A stretch of DNA of 64,000 nucleotides from the NCBI GenBank assembly GCA_965226795.1, contig CBDDDZ010000004.1, positions 384,001 through 448,000 of the forward strand, written 5' to 3'. The notes beneath the pieces were generated by a model. That model had not been told where the DNA came from. It searched no databases and was given only the letters and a program-made list of their open reading frames with translations. Positions 9,739 to 19,437 of this stretch are shown here, in pieces. The stretch comes from Candidatus Latescibacterota bacterium (lineage in GTDB: Bacteria > Latescibacterota > UBA2968 > GCA-2709665). Made by a program: the position numbers and the translations under genes. How positions within the stretch are numbered: position 1 is the first letter of the stretch; each line of letters begins with the position of its first letter.

Positions 9739-11791
9739 ATCTTTCTTCCGGTCCCAGGCGAACGAATTCCGCTGGATTCGCAAGGTTCTGATAGGTGACA
9801 TCGATCCACTGATCGGATCGGGCGGTACTCGAGATACGGACTTCCTCGATTTCACCTTGAAACGGCGCCCCGCCGCCTGCGAGGCGGCCGATCACGATCG
9901 GTGTCTGACTGGACTGAATGGGACCCGACGCTTCGGACGAAGCCACCGGCGTACCGTCAATATACAGGGTCGTCCGTTCGCCGTCGTATACGCCCGACAG
10001 GTGATGCCTGCCGGGGGTGAGCGTCCTGTTGGCGCGTACGCTCCGGGTGCCGCTTTGTGTGTTAATGGTGAAGGTTGGACCCGGCAGGGAGGCGCAAAGT
10101 CCGCCATTGTGGCCGCATTCGGCGTATTTGAGTATGAAGGAGGCGTCGCCCGCGGTGTCGTAGCGAAGCACTTTTCCGTGGGGTGTGTATTCGCGAGCGT
10201 CGTTCTCGTCGGGATCTTCACGCCACGGGGCGAAGTAGACGTAGCGTCCGTCGAACGCGCCCCCATTGAACCCGCCGGGATTCGGCGGATAGGTGAAGAC
10301 GCCCCCGTCGGCGGCATCCCAGGCGGCCCTGTCGGTGAAGTTCATGCACGTGTTGTAACGCAGGACACGACAGTGGAAACCCCGCTGGGGTTGATCGCCT
10401 TCGTAGAACGGAATGTAATAAACGTACTGGCCGTCGAAGGCCGCGCCGTCGTAACCTTTGGTATGCAGACCCGACGCTCCTGCCGCGTCATAGGCTTCCC
10501 AGCTATCCGGGTCCATGAAGTCGGCACGAGTGTCGTATCGGACCGCATTGCTGTGCGCATACGGCACATAGTAAATGTAACGTCCGTCGAAAATGGCGCC
10601 CACGCACATCCCCATGCCCTGACCGCTGGCACCCAGTGCCTGCCAGGCTGCGGGATCGTCGAACTCGCCGCAGGTATCGTGCCGGAGCACGATTCCGCGG
10701 TCGTTGAGGGGCGCATAATAGACGTAACGTCCGTCGAAGGTGGCGCCGTCGTAATTTCTCGACTCCAGCCCGCCGGTGTTACCGGCATCGTAGGTGACAT
10801 AGCTGGCTGGATCCTTGAAATCACCCCGCGTATCGTACCGGACGGCTCGGCCGGTTTCGGAACCGTCTACCTCGTATCCGGGTACGAGGTAGATGTAACG
10901 TCCGTCATAGGCGGCGCTCTGGTGGGAAATGTTATTGCCGATATCGTATGCCTGCCAACTTCCGGGATCGTGGAATTCTCGGCGCCGGTCGTAACGCAGA
11001 ATCCGGCTGTGATGCGCACGCCCGTCGGTACGTGGGACAAAATAGATATAGTCCCCCGCGTGTACGGCGCCGTAATATCCTTTTGTGTTGAGGCCGTCGG
11101 TACTCCCCGCGTCGTAACCCTCCCAGCTTTCAGGATCGTTGAACCCGCCGCAGGAGTCGTATCTCAAAACCTGGCCGTGGCGCTCCTGGGAACCATTGAG
11201 TTGAGGCGCAAAGTATACGTAGCGTCCGTCACAGACGGCGCCGAAGAATCCCCTGGTGTCCAGGCCGTCGGTGTCGCCCGCGTCGTAGGACTCGAACGTA
11301 TCCATAACCGGTCGCAGCGACCACTTGGCGACCAGGGCCTGAAAGGCGTCCGAACCGGCATGGCTGCTCTCGACCCAGGCTTCGACAGTCAGGGTTTGTG
11401 CGTGTTCGAGTGCTTCGGAGCGTACCGATTCGCTTCGACAGCTGACCAGTTTGTAGTGGGTATCCCAAACGGGGTCCGGGCACGAAACCGGTCCTGCGCC
11501 ATAGCACAGGTATAGATTCGTGTCCGCGGAGAGTGAGGGGATTCTGACTCTCGCCCTGAGGGCGCCGTTTTCGGGATCGTAGGACTCGATACGGTACGCC
11601 AGCGCATCGCCCTGGCGGGATGCGAAGTGGATGTCACGTCCGTCTTCTCCAAGCACATGACCGCCCCTTTCAACCGGTTTCAGGTCGTTGTCCCGCAGGA
11701 CCACGAGAAGAGGAAAGTCCTGAAGATCCGGGACGACCCCCTCGGGGTTGATGCTGAGTCTTCGGCGGATGAGTTTCCCGGCTGTTTCCAT
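9737..11791 (-). CDS. DUF2341-like + LamG/ConA-like protein with an inserted 7-repeat (FDGRYVY) beta-propeller
   Basis: N-term DFPLLVVL...DGRDIHF...RIESYD...LYLCYG; LTVEAWV; seven ~50-58 aa repeats; C-term HHLSGVYDG..LYIDG..IGR..FQGEIEEVRIS. Confidence 0.75.
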   Translation of the reverse strand: METAGKLIRRRLSINPEGVVPDLQDFPLLVVLRDNDLKPVERGGHVLGEDGRDIHFASRQGDALAYRIESYDPENGALRARVRIPSLSADTNLYLCYGAGPVSCPDPVWDTHYKLVSCRSESVRSEALEHAQTLTVEAWVESSHAGSDAFQALVAKWSLRPVMDTFESYDAGDTDGLDTRGFFGAVCDGRYVYFAPQLNGSQERHGQVLRYDSCGGFNDPESWEGYDAGSTDGLNTKGYYGAVHAGDYIYFVPRTDGRAHHSRILRYDRRREFHDPGSWQAYDIGNNISHQSAAYDGRYIYLVPGYEVDGSETGRAVRYDTRGDFKDPASYVTYDAGNTGGLESRNYDGATFDGRYVYYAPLNDRGIVLRHDTCGEFDDPAAWQALGASGQGMGMCVGAIFDGRYIYYVPYAHSNAVRYDTRADFMDPDSWEAYDAAGASGLHTKGYDGAAFDGQYVYYIPFYEGDQPQRGFHCRVLRYNTCMNFTDRAAWDAADGGVFTYPPNPGGFNGGAFDGRYVYFAPWREDPDENDAREYTPHGKVLRYDTAGDASFILKYAECGHNGGLCASLPGPTFTINTQSGTRSVRANRTLTPGRHHLSGVYDGERTTLYIDGTPVASSEASGPIQSSQTPIVIGRLAGGGAPFQGEIEEVRISSTARSDQWIDVTYQNLANPAEFVRLGPEER

Positions 11792-11956
11792 GGTATCCTC
11801 TCTTAATTAAAAGCCGAAACTGTGTCTGACTCAGACGGAATCCCTTACGATCCGGTATGGATAGCCCGCGATGTGGCGAATGCCGCACAACGGCATTCCC
11901 GGCGGCCAGCCCGCATGGTCGGCCGAAGATCTCCGGACCCTTCGCACCTCGACCCT

Positions 11957-13048
11957 TTACGGCTGAAGCATGACTTTGATGGAACGGTCGCCGGCGGCGA
12001 CGAGATCGATGCCGTCCTGGAATCTCTCAAGAGGCAGGCGATGGGTCACGATACGATCCATTGGCAGTAGGCCCTTTTGGATTATATCGATAGCGATGGG
12101 GTAACAACCGGGTCCCAGGTGGGCGCCGTGGATGTTGAGTTCCTTGGTATCGCCGATGATTGTCCAGTCCGTCGTCACCGGATCACGAAGCACGCTGAAT
12201 TCCACAAAGGTGCCGAGTTTACAGATCATGTGCAGACCCTGTTCCACGGCGGCGGGATGTCCGGTCGCTTCGATGTACACGTCACAGCCATAACCATCGG
12301 TGAGATGGCGCACTTCGCGGATGACGTCTGTCTTGCTGGGATTGAAGACCAGGTCGGCGCCGCAGGCGCGCGCAACGTCGAGGCGGTCTTCGTTGAGGTC
12401 CAGGGCGATAAGCAGGCGGGGGTTCTTGAGCCGGGCGGCGGCAACCATCCCCAGCCCCAGCGGTCCCGCGCCGGCGATGACCACGGTGTGGTCCAGTTCG
12501 ATATCGCCCCGCTGCACGGCATGAATGGCGCACGCAAGCGGCTCGATGTACACGGCGTGTTCGGGCGGAATGCACGCGGGCACCTTGTAGTTGAGGGCAT
12601 CGGCCGGGAAACGCATGTATTGGGCCATCGCGCCGAAGGTGTTCTGCCGGAAACCGTAGATATCGTGCCGCATACACATCCAGTACTGGCCGCGCCTGCA
12701 GTAGCGGCATGCATGGCACGGGACGATCTGTTCGGAGATCGCCATGTCGCCGATAGCGAGTCCGTATTTCTCACCGGCGCGCGGGCCGAGGAGAACGACT
12801 TCGCCAATGAATTCATGGCCGGGGATAACGGGGGCCTGGCAGTATCCCTCGCGGTGTTTATCGCCCCAGAAGAGCGGGGCGCCCAGATAACATTTGAGAT
12901 CGCTGGCGCAGATACCCGCGGATTCGACGCGAACAACGACCTCCTCCGGTCCCGGACGCGGCACGGGGCGTTCTTCCAGGCGGTAGTCTTCGGGTCCGTG
13001 GCAGACGACAGCCGGCATGGTGTCGGGAAGTCCGGTATGTGCCGTCAA
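11957..13048 (-). CDS. Zn-dependent polyol dehydrogenase (erythritol/L-threitol dehydrogenase-like)
   Basis: GICASD, GHEF, structural Zn CxxCxxC...C, GAGPLG; from recall resembles EltD-type enzymes; TTG start after aggaga. Confidence 0.8.
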   Translation of the reverse strand: MTAHTGLPDTMPAVVCHGPEDYRLEERPVPRPGPEEVVVRVESAGICASDLKCYLGAPLFWGDKHREGYCQAPVIPGHEFIGEVVLLGPRAGEKYGLAIGDMAISEQIVPCHACRYCRRGQYWMCMRHDIYGFRQNTFGAMAQYMRFPADALNYKVPACIPPEHAVYIEPLACAIHAVQRGDIELDHTVVIAGAGPLGLGMVAAARLKNPRLLIALDLNEDRLDVARACGADLVFNPSKTDVIREVRHLTDGYGCDVYIEATGHPAAVEQGLHMICKLGTFVEFSVLRDPVTTDWTIIGDTKELNIHGAHLGPGCYPIAIDIIQKGLLPMDRIVTHRLPLERFQDGIDLVAAGDRSIKVMLQP

Positions 13049-13338
13049 TGCCACTCTCCTCTGAAGCCCAGGCTCGGCGGGCAAGCCCCGCCGGCAGGAC
13101 TATGCGGAACCGTCGGGAAAACGACCATGGGTTCCTCAACAACCTGAACCCATTGGATCCGCTCTTCCGTTACAATCCGGCGTCACCCGGCGACATCAAG
13201 ATAGGATGAAAAAAAGCGGATGGCAACAGATTCGGATGGACCGGCCACCCCGCTTTGGTCTTGTGTCCGCCGTCCACGTCTCTTTACATTGCGGGCGTTT
13301 ACGTTCGTGATTTCACTTTCCCACGAGAGGAGTGGTTG

Positions 13339-16300
13339 ATGGACCGCCGTGATGCGATGTGGCTGTTGGTATTCCTGGTACTGGGCGTGGGCGGGCTGGC
13401 TGTATTTCTGAATTTCTACGCCGAGGCGATTCCGTCCGCGTCGCTGGACTTCAGGTTGAGCCGCGACGAGGTACTCCGAAAGGCGCAGGGTTATTTGGAG
13501 GACCTTGGATACGATCTCGCGGACTATGAGAGCGCCCAGGTGTTTTCCAGCAGCCAGATGCAGCAGATTTTCCTGGAGCAGACGCTGGGTCTGGAGGAGA
13601 CCAGCCGGCTGGCGAGGGAATGGTTGTCGGTCTGGTCCTGGAGTGTGCGGTGGTTCAAGCCGCTGCAGAAGGAGGAACTTCGGGTGGGGCTGGATCCGGG
13701 CGGGCGAATTGTGGGATTTTCGCACCGCATCCTGGAATCGGACGAAGGTGCGAGCATTGAGCAGGACGCAGCACTGTCGATTGCATCTGATTTCCTGAGG
13801 GATACCCAGAGGTACGACCTGGACGGCTACGAGTTGATCGATCGCTCCAGCACGGAACGCAAGGCCCGGGTCGATCACCGGTTCGCCTACCGGAAGAAGG
13901 ACTTCACCGTCGGAGACGACGGGCACTACCGCCTGGACGTGGTGGTTCATGGGAACCGGGTGGGAAGGTTCAGCGAATACCTGAAAGTGCCGGATAGTTT
14001 CTCCCGGAACTACCGGGAGGTGCGTTCGCGAGCGAACCTGCTGACGCAGGTCTTTTTGCCGTTCTGGCTCGCGCTGGGCGTCGCTATGCTGGTGATTCTG
14101 GTCAAGTATTATCGCGGGAAGGGCTTGCACTGGCAGGCCGGCCTTGTGGTGGGAACACTCGTAGCCATCGCCTGGCTTGCGGCGAACGTCAACGCCCTGC
14201 CTCTTGCGCTATATAGTTTCGATACAACGGTCTCCTTCGGCGCCTTTCTGGTGACTGTTTTGTTCAGTGCTGTTCTGGTCGCGGCGCTCTACGGCGGGAT
14301 CGTCTGCCTGGCCGGGACGGCGGGCGGGGCTCTCGGACGGGACGTGCTATTCGAGGGACGCGTGAGCCCGCTCGGGCGCCTGTCGCTTAAAGGGGTGTTT
14401 TCAGCCGGATTCCTGCGGTCCACGGTCGTGGGTTATGGCGTCGCCGGGGCCGTGCTGGGATACGTCGCCGTGTTTTATTTGCTGGGCGGGCGGTATTTCG
14501 ATGTCTGGGTGCCGGCGGACGTCAGCGAGTACGACAACGCTTTCAGCACGGCCATCCCCTGGATTTACCCGTTGCTGGTGGGATTGTCCGCCGCGGCGCT
14601 GGAGGAGTTTTTCTTCCGTCTGCTGGCGATTACTCTGCTGATCCGATGGTTGAAACGGCGGTGGCTGGCAGTGTTGCTGCCGGCGGTGGTGTGGGCGTTT
14701 TTGCATTCCAACTATCCCCATGAGCCCATTTATATACGCGGAATTGAGATAACGGTTATAGGAATCGTCTTCGGTATTGTGTTCTTGCGTTTCGGGATAT
14801 GGGCGTCTATCATCGCCCATTATGCGATTAATGCTTTCATTGTGGCGTTGCCGATGGTGAAATCTTCAAGTCTCTACTTCCAGGTTTCCGGTGTACTCGT
14901 CATTGGGATTTTGCTGCTGCCGGCCATCCCCTCGGCGCTCGCGATTCTGACCGGGCGGTCCCGGCCCAGGGAAGTCGACGACGCCGTCGATGAGGAGCCG
15001 CCTGAAGAACCGGTCGAAACCGGTGAACCGGCGCCCGAACCCGTCCGTGCGGCCGTGATTCAGAAAGACCCCGATGCCTATCTGCCGGATCGAAAACGGT
15101 GGCTCGTCGCCGGCCTTTGCGCCGTGGCGGGTATCACGTTGATGATCGGATTCCACGTGGACCGGTTCGGCTCCCGTACGTTGAAGCTCGAAGTGACCCG
15201 GAGCCAGGCGGTGGGTGTCGCGGAGGCCTTCTGTAACGAGTTGGAACTGGATGTGTCGGATTACCGAAGGTCGGTGCAGTTTCGCAGCGGGGTCGGTTCC
15301 TCGCATTACACACATCTGATCCGAAACGCGGGTGTCGCGGGCGCGGATAGCCTGATGGCGGAGAACACAACCCCGTGGTATTGGCACGTGCGCTGGTTCA
15401 AACCGATGGAGAAGGAGGAGATCCAGGTCCGCGTGGACGCGGTCGGGCGCGTTGCGGGCATAAACCACATCATTCCGGAAACCCGGGCCGGACCCGAATT
15501 GGAGACGGACCCGGCAAGGAGTCGGGCGGAAGCGTTTTTAGAGAGCCGCTTTCACCATTCGGTAACGGATACAACCCGATTCAAGCTTCTGGAGGCGCGT
15601 TCGGAGAAGGAAAAGGAAAGAACAGACCACCATTTTGCGTGGGAACGGATTGACCGGAAGGTTGAGGATGGAGAGTTCCGCGTAAGTGCACGGGTTCAGG
15701 GCGACGAGGTCGGATTCTTCGGTACCCATTATAAGGCGCCGGAAAAATTCCTGCGGTCGCTCCGACAACAGGGCGCCGGGCAGGTATTGGCCTCAACCGT
15801 GCCGGTTCTATTGGCTCTGGCAACCCTGATACTGGCGGGGATCTATTTCTTCCGGCTTTACCGGGCAAAGGAGATTTCCTGGAGACTCCCAATCAAAATA
15901 GGCATTGCGGTTGTGGCGCTGATGGTACTGAATTGGATCAATTCGTTACCGACCTTTTTCCACGGATACGATACAAGCCAGGCGATGACGACCTATATGG
16001 GTATTCAGGGGGTCGGTATACTGATCGGCACACCCCTGATGGGACTGGCGATAGCGGTCATGATAGCGTTGATGGTTGCGCTTTGTGGATCTCTCTATCC
16101 CGAAGAGATGGGGGCGGGCAGATGGCTGGGGCTATTACGGATGCAGGAAGGCGGCGCGCGCTTCTGGGCAGGAACGCTGGCTCTGGCGGCGGCATTTTTG
16201 CTGCTTCGGACAGGTACGGGCAGTGTCGGTATATTTGTGAAATATCACGGGTTGACGGAGTTTCTGCAGGCGGACGGGTTCAACTTGCCGGGAATAAACA

Positions 16301-16749
16301 CCTATCTTCCCTTCATCAACGCCGCCGGTGACGCTGCCCTGGAGTTATTCGAACCCTTTGCAGTGCTGGCGATTCTGCTGATATGGAAAGCCGGAGTGAA
16401 ACAACCATGGCTGATTGTGGCCGGAATCGCGGTTGCAATGTCGTCCACGGAGGCGATCGCGCCGGCCAGGAGTTTTTATCACTTCGCCGTTCTGGCCGGC
16501 ATGGCGCTCGTGAATCTGGGTGTGCTGGTTTTCCTGGTCGCGTGGCTGGTCCGGTTCAACCTGATGGCCTATCTTGTCGCGATATGGTCCGGCAAGCTCA
16601 TCCTGGGCCCTGGAATCGCAATTATTCAACGGACAACGGAATCCGTCTATCAGTGGCACGGCGTTGCCATGCTCGTGCTTGGCCTGGCGCCGCTGCTCTT
16701 CCTGTTGGCTGCCTGTCTGCGTGAGCGGCGCGCGCACATCGCCGGATAA
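13339..16749 (+). CDS. Large membrane protein with CPBP (Abi/CAAX) metalloprotease domain and internally duplicated extracytoplasmic domain
   Basis: EEFFFR, WAFLH, AHYAIN motifs; two copies of WxVRWFKP..KEE..V..D..GR domain; many TM helices. Confidence 0.8.
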   Translation: MDRRDAMWLLVFLVLGVGGLAVFLNFYAEAIPSASLDFRLSRDEVLRKAQGYLEDLGYDLADYESAQVFSSSQMQQIFLEQTLGLEETSRLAREWLSVWSWSVRWFKPLQKEELRVGLDPGGRIVGFSHRILESDEGASIEQDAALSIASDFLRDTQRYDLDGYELIDRSSTERKARVDHRFAYRKKDFTVGDDGHYRLDVVVHGNRVGRFSEYLKVPDSFSRNYREVRSRANLLTQVFLPFWLALGVAMLVILVKYYRGKGLHWQAGLVVGTLVAIAWLAANVNALPLALYSFDTTVSFGAFLVTVLFSAVLVAALYGGIVCLAGTAGGALGRDVLFEGRVSPLGRLSLKGVFSAGFLRSTVVGYGVAGAVLGYVAVFYLLGGRYFDVWVPADVSEYDNAFSTAIPWIYPLLVGLSAAALEEFFFRLLAITLLIRWLKRRWLAVLLPAVVWAFLHSNYPHEPIYIRGIEITVIGIVFGIVFLRFGIWASIIAHYAINAFIVALPMVKSSSLYFQVSGVLVIGILLLPAIPSALAILTGRSRPREVDDAVDEEPPEEPVETGEPAPEPVRAAVIQKDPDAYLPDRKRWLVAGLCAVAGITLMIGFHVDRFGSRTLKLEVTRSQAVGVAEAFCNELELDVSDYRRSVQFRSGVGSSHYTHLIRNAGVAGADSLMAENTTPWYWHVRWFKPMEKEEIQVRVDAVGRVAGINHIIPETRAGPELETDPARSRAEAFLESRFHHSVTDTTRFKLLEARSEKEKERTDHHFAWERIDRKVEDGEFRVSARVQGDEVGFFGTHYKAPEKFLRSLRQQGAGQVLASTVPVLLALATLILAGIYFFRLYRAKEISWRLPIKIGIAVVALMVLNWINSLPTFFHGYDTSQAMTTYMGIQGVGILIGTPLMGLAIAVMIALMVALCGSLYPEEMGAGRWLGLLRMQEGGARFWAGTLALAAAFLLLRTGTGSVGIFVKYHGLTEFLQADGFNLPGINTYLPFINAAGDAALELFEPFAVLAILLIWKAGVKQPWLIVAGIAVAMSSTEAIAPARSFYHFAVLAGMALVNLGVLVFLVAWLVRFNLMAYLVAIWSGKLILGPGIAIIQRTTESVYQWHGVAMLVLGLAPLLFLLAACLRERRAHIAG

Positions 16750-16795
16750 CCCGCAGCCCTTCGCGCTCAGTTTTTCAATCTGTTGACGCAATGCG

Positions 16796-16830
16796 AACCC
16801 CCTCCGAGGCGCCTCGGAGGGGGTTTTGTG
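16796..16830. terminator. Perfect 30-bp palindrome with short T-tract; probable terminator
   Basis: aaccccctccgaggc|gcctcggagggggtt followed by ttgtg, between convergent ORFs. Confidence 0.7.
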
Positions 16831-16839
16831 TTATTGCCG

Positions 16840-17132
16840 GACCGCCGACCATCAAAGTGGACATTCGAAAACATCTCGGCGTTTCGACGCTGTTCGTCCC
16901 AGACCTTCACGATTTGGAAGCCGTCGACGCTGGGCGCGGTCTTCAAGGTCGGTTCGCTGTATTTCGTATAATAGAAACAATGCGTTCCACCTCGCTGCCA
17001 GGTATAGGACATGTCGTCTTCGACAGGCATGGGTTCTCTTAAACGCAATGGATCGAGCTCGTCCATTTGCGCGCCGAACCACATCCCATGCATGTCACAA
17101 CGGATAATCCCGGTGCGAATCTTTTCCGACAC
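16840..17132 (-). pseudogene. Truncated N-terminal fragment of an oxidoreductase-like protein
   Basis: VSEKIRTGIIRCDMHG...VDGFQIVKVWD resembles a Gfo/Idh/MocA-type N-terminus; similarity stops after ~95 aa at the hairpin. Confidence 0.45.
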
Positions 17133-17259
17133 GGAAAGGAAGCCTTTCGTTCGTGGAGCCCGAATTGCAGCGGAACCGGAAGGTTGCAGGCCGAAATCAG
17201 TGGAATTCCGGAATGCCCGGGAGCCGTGTTGCAACAACACCATCCGGGGATGCCCGTTG

Positions 17260-17628
17260 TTATAGTTCCAATGCGTCAGCCGTCCGAATGACGAAATATT
17301 TCTTTACTGGCTGTATGACGTGCCAATGGGTCTTGAGTCCCGCCGGAAAGTGGACGGTATCGCCCGGCCCAAGGGAGTAACTTTCGCCGCCGTCCTCTTC
17401 AATAGTGATCCTGCCCTCGAAAACGTGCGCGAATTCGTCCCATCCGAACGTCCATTCGAACTTGCCTTCGCTGCATTGCCAGTAGCCGCAGGACACCTTC
17501 TTATCCGCGCTCTGGGAAACGATTGTGCCGTGGGCCGTGGGATCGCCTTCACGGATCCAGTCGGGATCGATGGGCATGGCGGGCAGATCTTCCGGCATGG
17601 CGGCGGTCTTCATTTTGAACTCGCCCAT
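17260..17628 (-). CDS. Cupin (EutQ/DUF861-like) protein
   Basis: GYWQCSEGKFEW..WDEFAHVFEG..LGPGDTVHFPAG..W; ATG after aaggag. Confidence 0.85.
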   Translation of the reverse strand: MGEFKMKTAAMPEDLPAMPIDPDWIREGDPTAHGTIVSQSADKKVSCGYWQCSEGKFEWTFGWDEFAHVFEGRITIEEDGGESYSLGPGDTVHFPAGLKTHWHVIQPVKKYFVIRTADALEL

Positions 17629-17812
17629 TCTGCGCTCCTTTCCTTTATATTGCGACGCCGGCAATCCATCATGCCAGCGTGCGTGTCCTCGTTGCGTGAA
17701 AGTGGTTATGCACAATGAACGGCACGGAGATCCTGGCTGTCACCCTGATCTTCCCTCACTTCGGGGACGTGCGGATTGTGATCGCCGCCGACCTTCGGAT
17801 ATAGGGATTTAC

Positions 17813-18823
17813 CTACAACGCCAGGATTTCCTCCCAGCAGTCCTCTGCGACCGGGACGCCCAACTCGAGGTTCTCCTCTCGGGTCCGGAACATCCGTTCG
17901 CCGGGGTAGGACACGGGCTCGCCGCCTTCGAACGATTCGGCGGCGTGAAAATCGGCGAGGGTCTGGTCCACCAACTCCCGCATCCGGTCTCCGGCGACAG
18001 CGTCGGCGTGGATGGCAATAAAGACCTGGGAGACGCCGTATTCGGCCTCCTCCTGAGCGATCTGGAACGTGGAGCGGCCCCCCGACAGCAGCGAGGCGAC
18101 CAGATCCAGCGACATCGCAAGACCGATCCCTTTCCAGTGACCGATGGGCAGCGGACGGCGTGCATCCTGGATGGCGCCGGCGTCGTATGAGAGGTTTCCG
18201 CTGTTGTCGTACCCCCCGGGGACCGGAAGTCGCCGGTTGGCTTTGCGATATACGTCGAGCTTGCCGTGGGAGTACTGGCTCATCGCCATGTCCAGCAGTA
18301 AGTGGCGGCCTCCCGGGCGGGGTATGGAGAAAACCAGCGGGTTGTTGCCCACCTTGCGGTCGGTGGAACCGAAAGGGGGGATAAGCTGCGTGGTATTCGT
18401 CCAGCAGATGCCGATACAGCCCGCGTCCGCGGCCCTCAGGCCGTAGGTTCCCGCCCGCATCCAGTGGTTGGTGTTTCTGATGGCCACACAGCCCATTCCT
18501 TGTTCTTTTGAGACTTCAACGGCGCGGTCCATGCACACGCAGGCGTTGAGGATACCGGGGCCCAGTTTTCCGTTCCACTGTTCCAGGACGCCGAAGGCGG
18601 CCACTCTCTCCGGTTCGGCTCGAAGGTCCATGCCCTCGCCGGAACGGGCGTGCCTGACAAACGGCGGGAAGCGGTTGACGCCGTGGGAATAGACGCCGTC
18701 GCGGGTGGTTTCGGCGAAAATTCTCGCCAGGCGTTCGGCACGTTCGGTCGTGAAGCCGATATTGAGCAGGACGCGGTTCAGTTCCGCCACCATCGCGTCA
18801 AATTGGATACGGTGCATTTCCAT
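17813..18823 (-). CDS. yiaK: 3-dehydro-L-gulonate 2-dehydrogenase (Ldh_2 family)
   Basis: DGVYSHGVNRFP, RNTNHWMRAGTYG, ICWTNT, GNNPL, LDMAMSQYS, GHWKG; the ORF-track 5' extension runs into a MITE. Confidence 0.85.
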   Translation of the reverse strand: MEMHRIQFDAMVAELNRVLLNIGFTTERAERLARIFAETTRDGVYSHGVNRFPPFVRHARSGEGMDLRAEPERVAAFGVLEQWNGKLGPGILNACVCMDRAVEVSKEQGMGCVAIRNTNHWMRAGTYGLRAADAGCIGICWTNTTQLIPPFGSTDRKVGNNPLVFSIPRPGGRHLLLDMAMSQYSHGKLDVYRKANRRLPVPGGYDNSGNLSYDAGAIQDARRPLPIGHWKGIGLAMSLDLVASLLSGGRSTFQIAQEEAEYGVSQVFIAIHADAVAGDRMRELVDQTLADFHAAESFEGGEPVSYPGERMFRTREENLELGVPVAEDCWEEILAL

Positions 18824-18830
18824 CGGGCTT

Positions 18831-18998
18831 CCAGTGTTCTGTCCCTGAAATAGATTGCCTAAATTCGGCCGCCGAGGCGCCCGGCTCGCAAGGCGCCCGA
18901 GCGAGGCGACCTGCGCAAGGTCGGCGAGTGAAGGCAACGCAGCGAGACGTGATGAACCGGCGGATGAATGGTGACATATTTCTGGGACGGGACACTAG
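18831..18998. mobile_element. MITE-like element, family A, copy 2 (lacks the 23-nt insert)
   Basis: ccagtgttctgtccctgaaata ... tatttctgggacgggacactag; its ctag end supplies the TAG stop of the upstream CoA-binding gene. Confidence 0.8.
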
Positions 18999-19423
18999 TC
19001 CCTCTCTGTATAACCCAGGACAACGAGCAGGCAGGGACCGCCGGAGACGACAGCGATGCCGGCGTTTTGAGCATCTTCAACGGCTTTCAGGCTCTCCGAG
19101 CCAGGTTGCATCCAGATGTATTCAACGCCGGAGTCCGCTGCGTCCGCCACGATCTTTTCCGTAACTTCGGGCGGTGTGATAACGGAAATGCGCGCCACCG
19201 GTTCGGGAAGTGCGGAGAGGCTGGGATACGCCCGTTGGCCTTCGATTTCTGCGGAATCCGGATTGACTGGATACGCCTTCAGGTCGTGCTGCAGATAACA
19301 TCTCAGGACCTTGTTGCCGTATTTGGAACGGTCGTTGGACGCGCCAACGACGGCATAAGGACCGGTCTGCAGGAATGCGTCGATTTTCTCATCGAGTGTC
19401 ACGCGTATTCTCCCCGGCGGCAT
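18995..19423 (-). CDS. CoA-binding domain protein (YccU-like)
   Basis: AVVGASNDRSKYG, YPVNP, IWMQPG, GPCLLV; true start may be GTG near 19402. Confidence 0.85.
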   Translation of the reverse strand: MPPGRIRVTLDEKIDAFLQTGPYAVVGASNDRSKYGNKVLRCYLQHDLKAYPVNPDSAEIEGQRAYPSLSALPEPVARISVITPPEVTEKIVADAADSGVEYIWMQPGSESLKAVEDAQNAGIAVVSGGPCLLVVLGYTERD

Positions 19424-19437
19424 GGATTCGTGAATGG

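Noticed and set aside
9617..11515. 632-aa + strand ORF
   Set aside because: Antisense shadow of the repeat protein at 9737-11791; no independent motifs, and such shadows are common in GC-rich DNA
17629..17812. Possible regulatory RNA upstream of the cupin gene
   Set aside because: No recognisable motif or convincing stem structure by eye
18824..18937. N-terminal extension of the yiaK-like ORF, and short ORFs over 2107-2593
   Set aside because: Translations of MITE sequence; the same peptide appears at both copies
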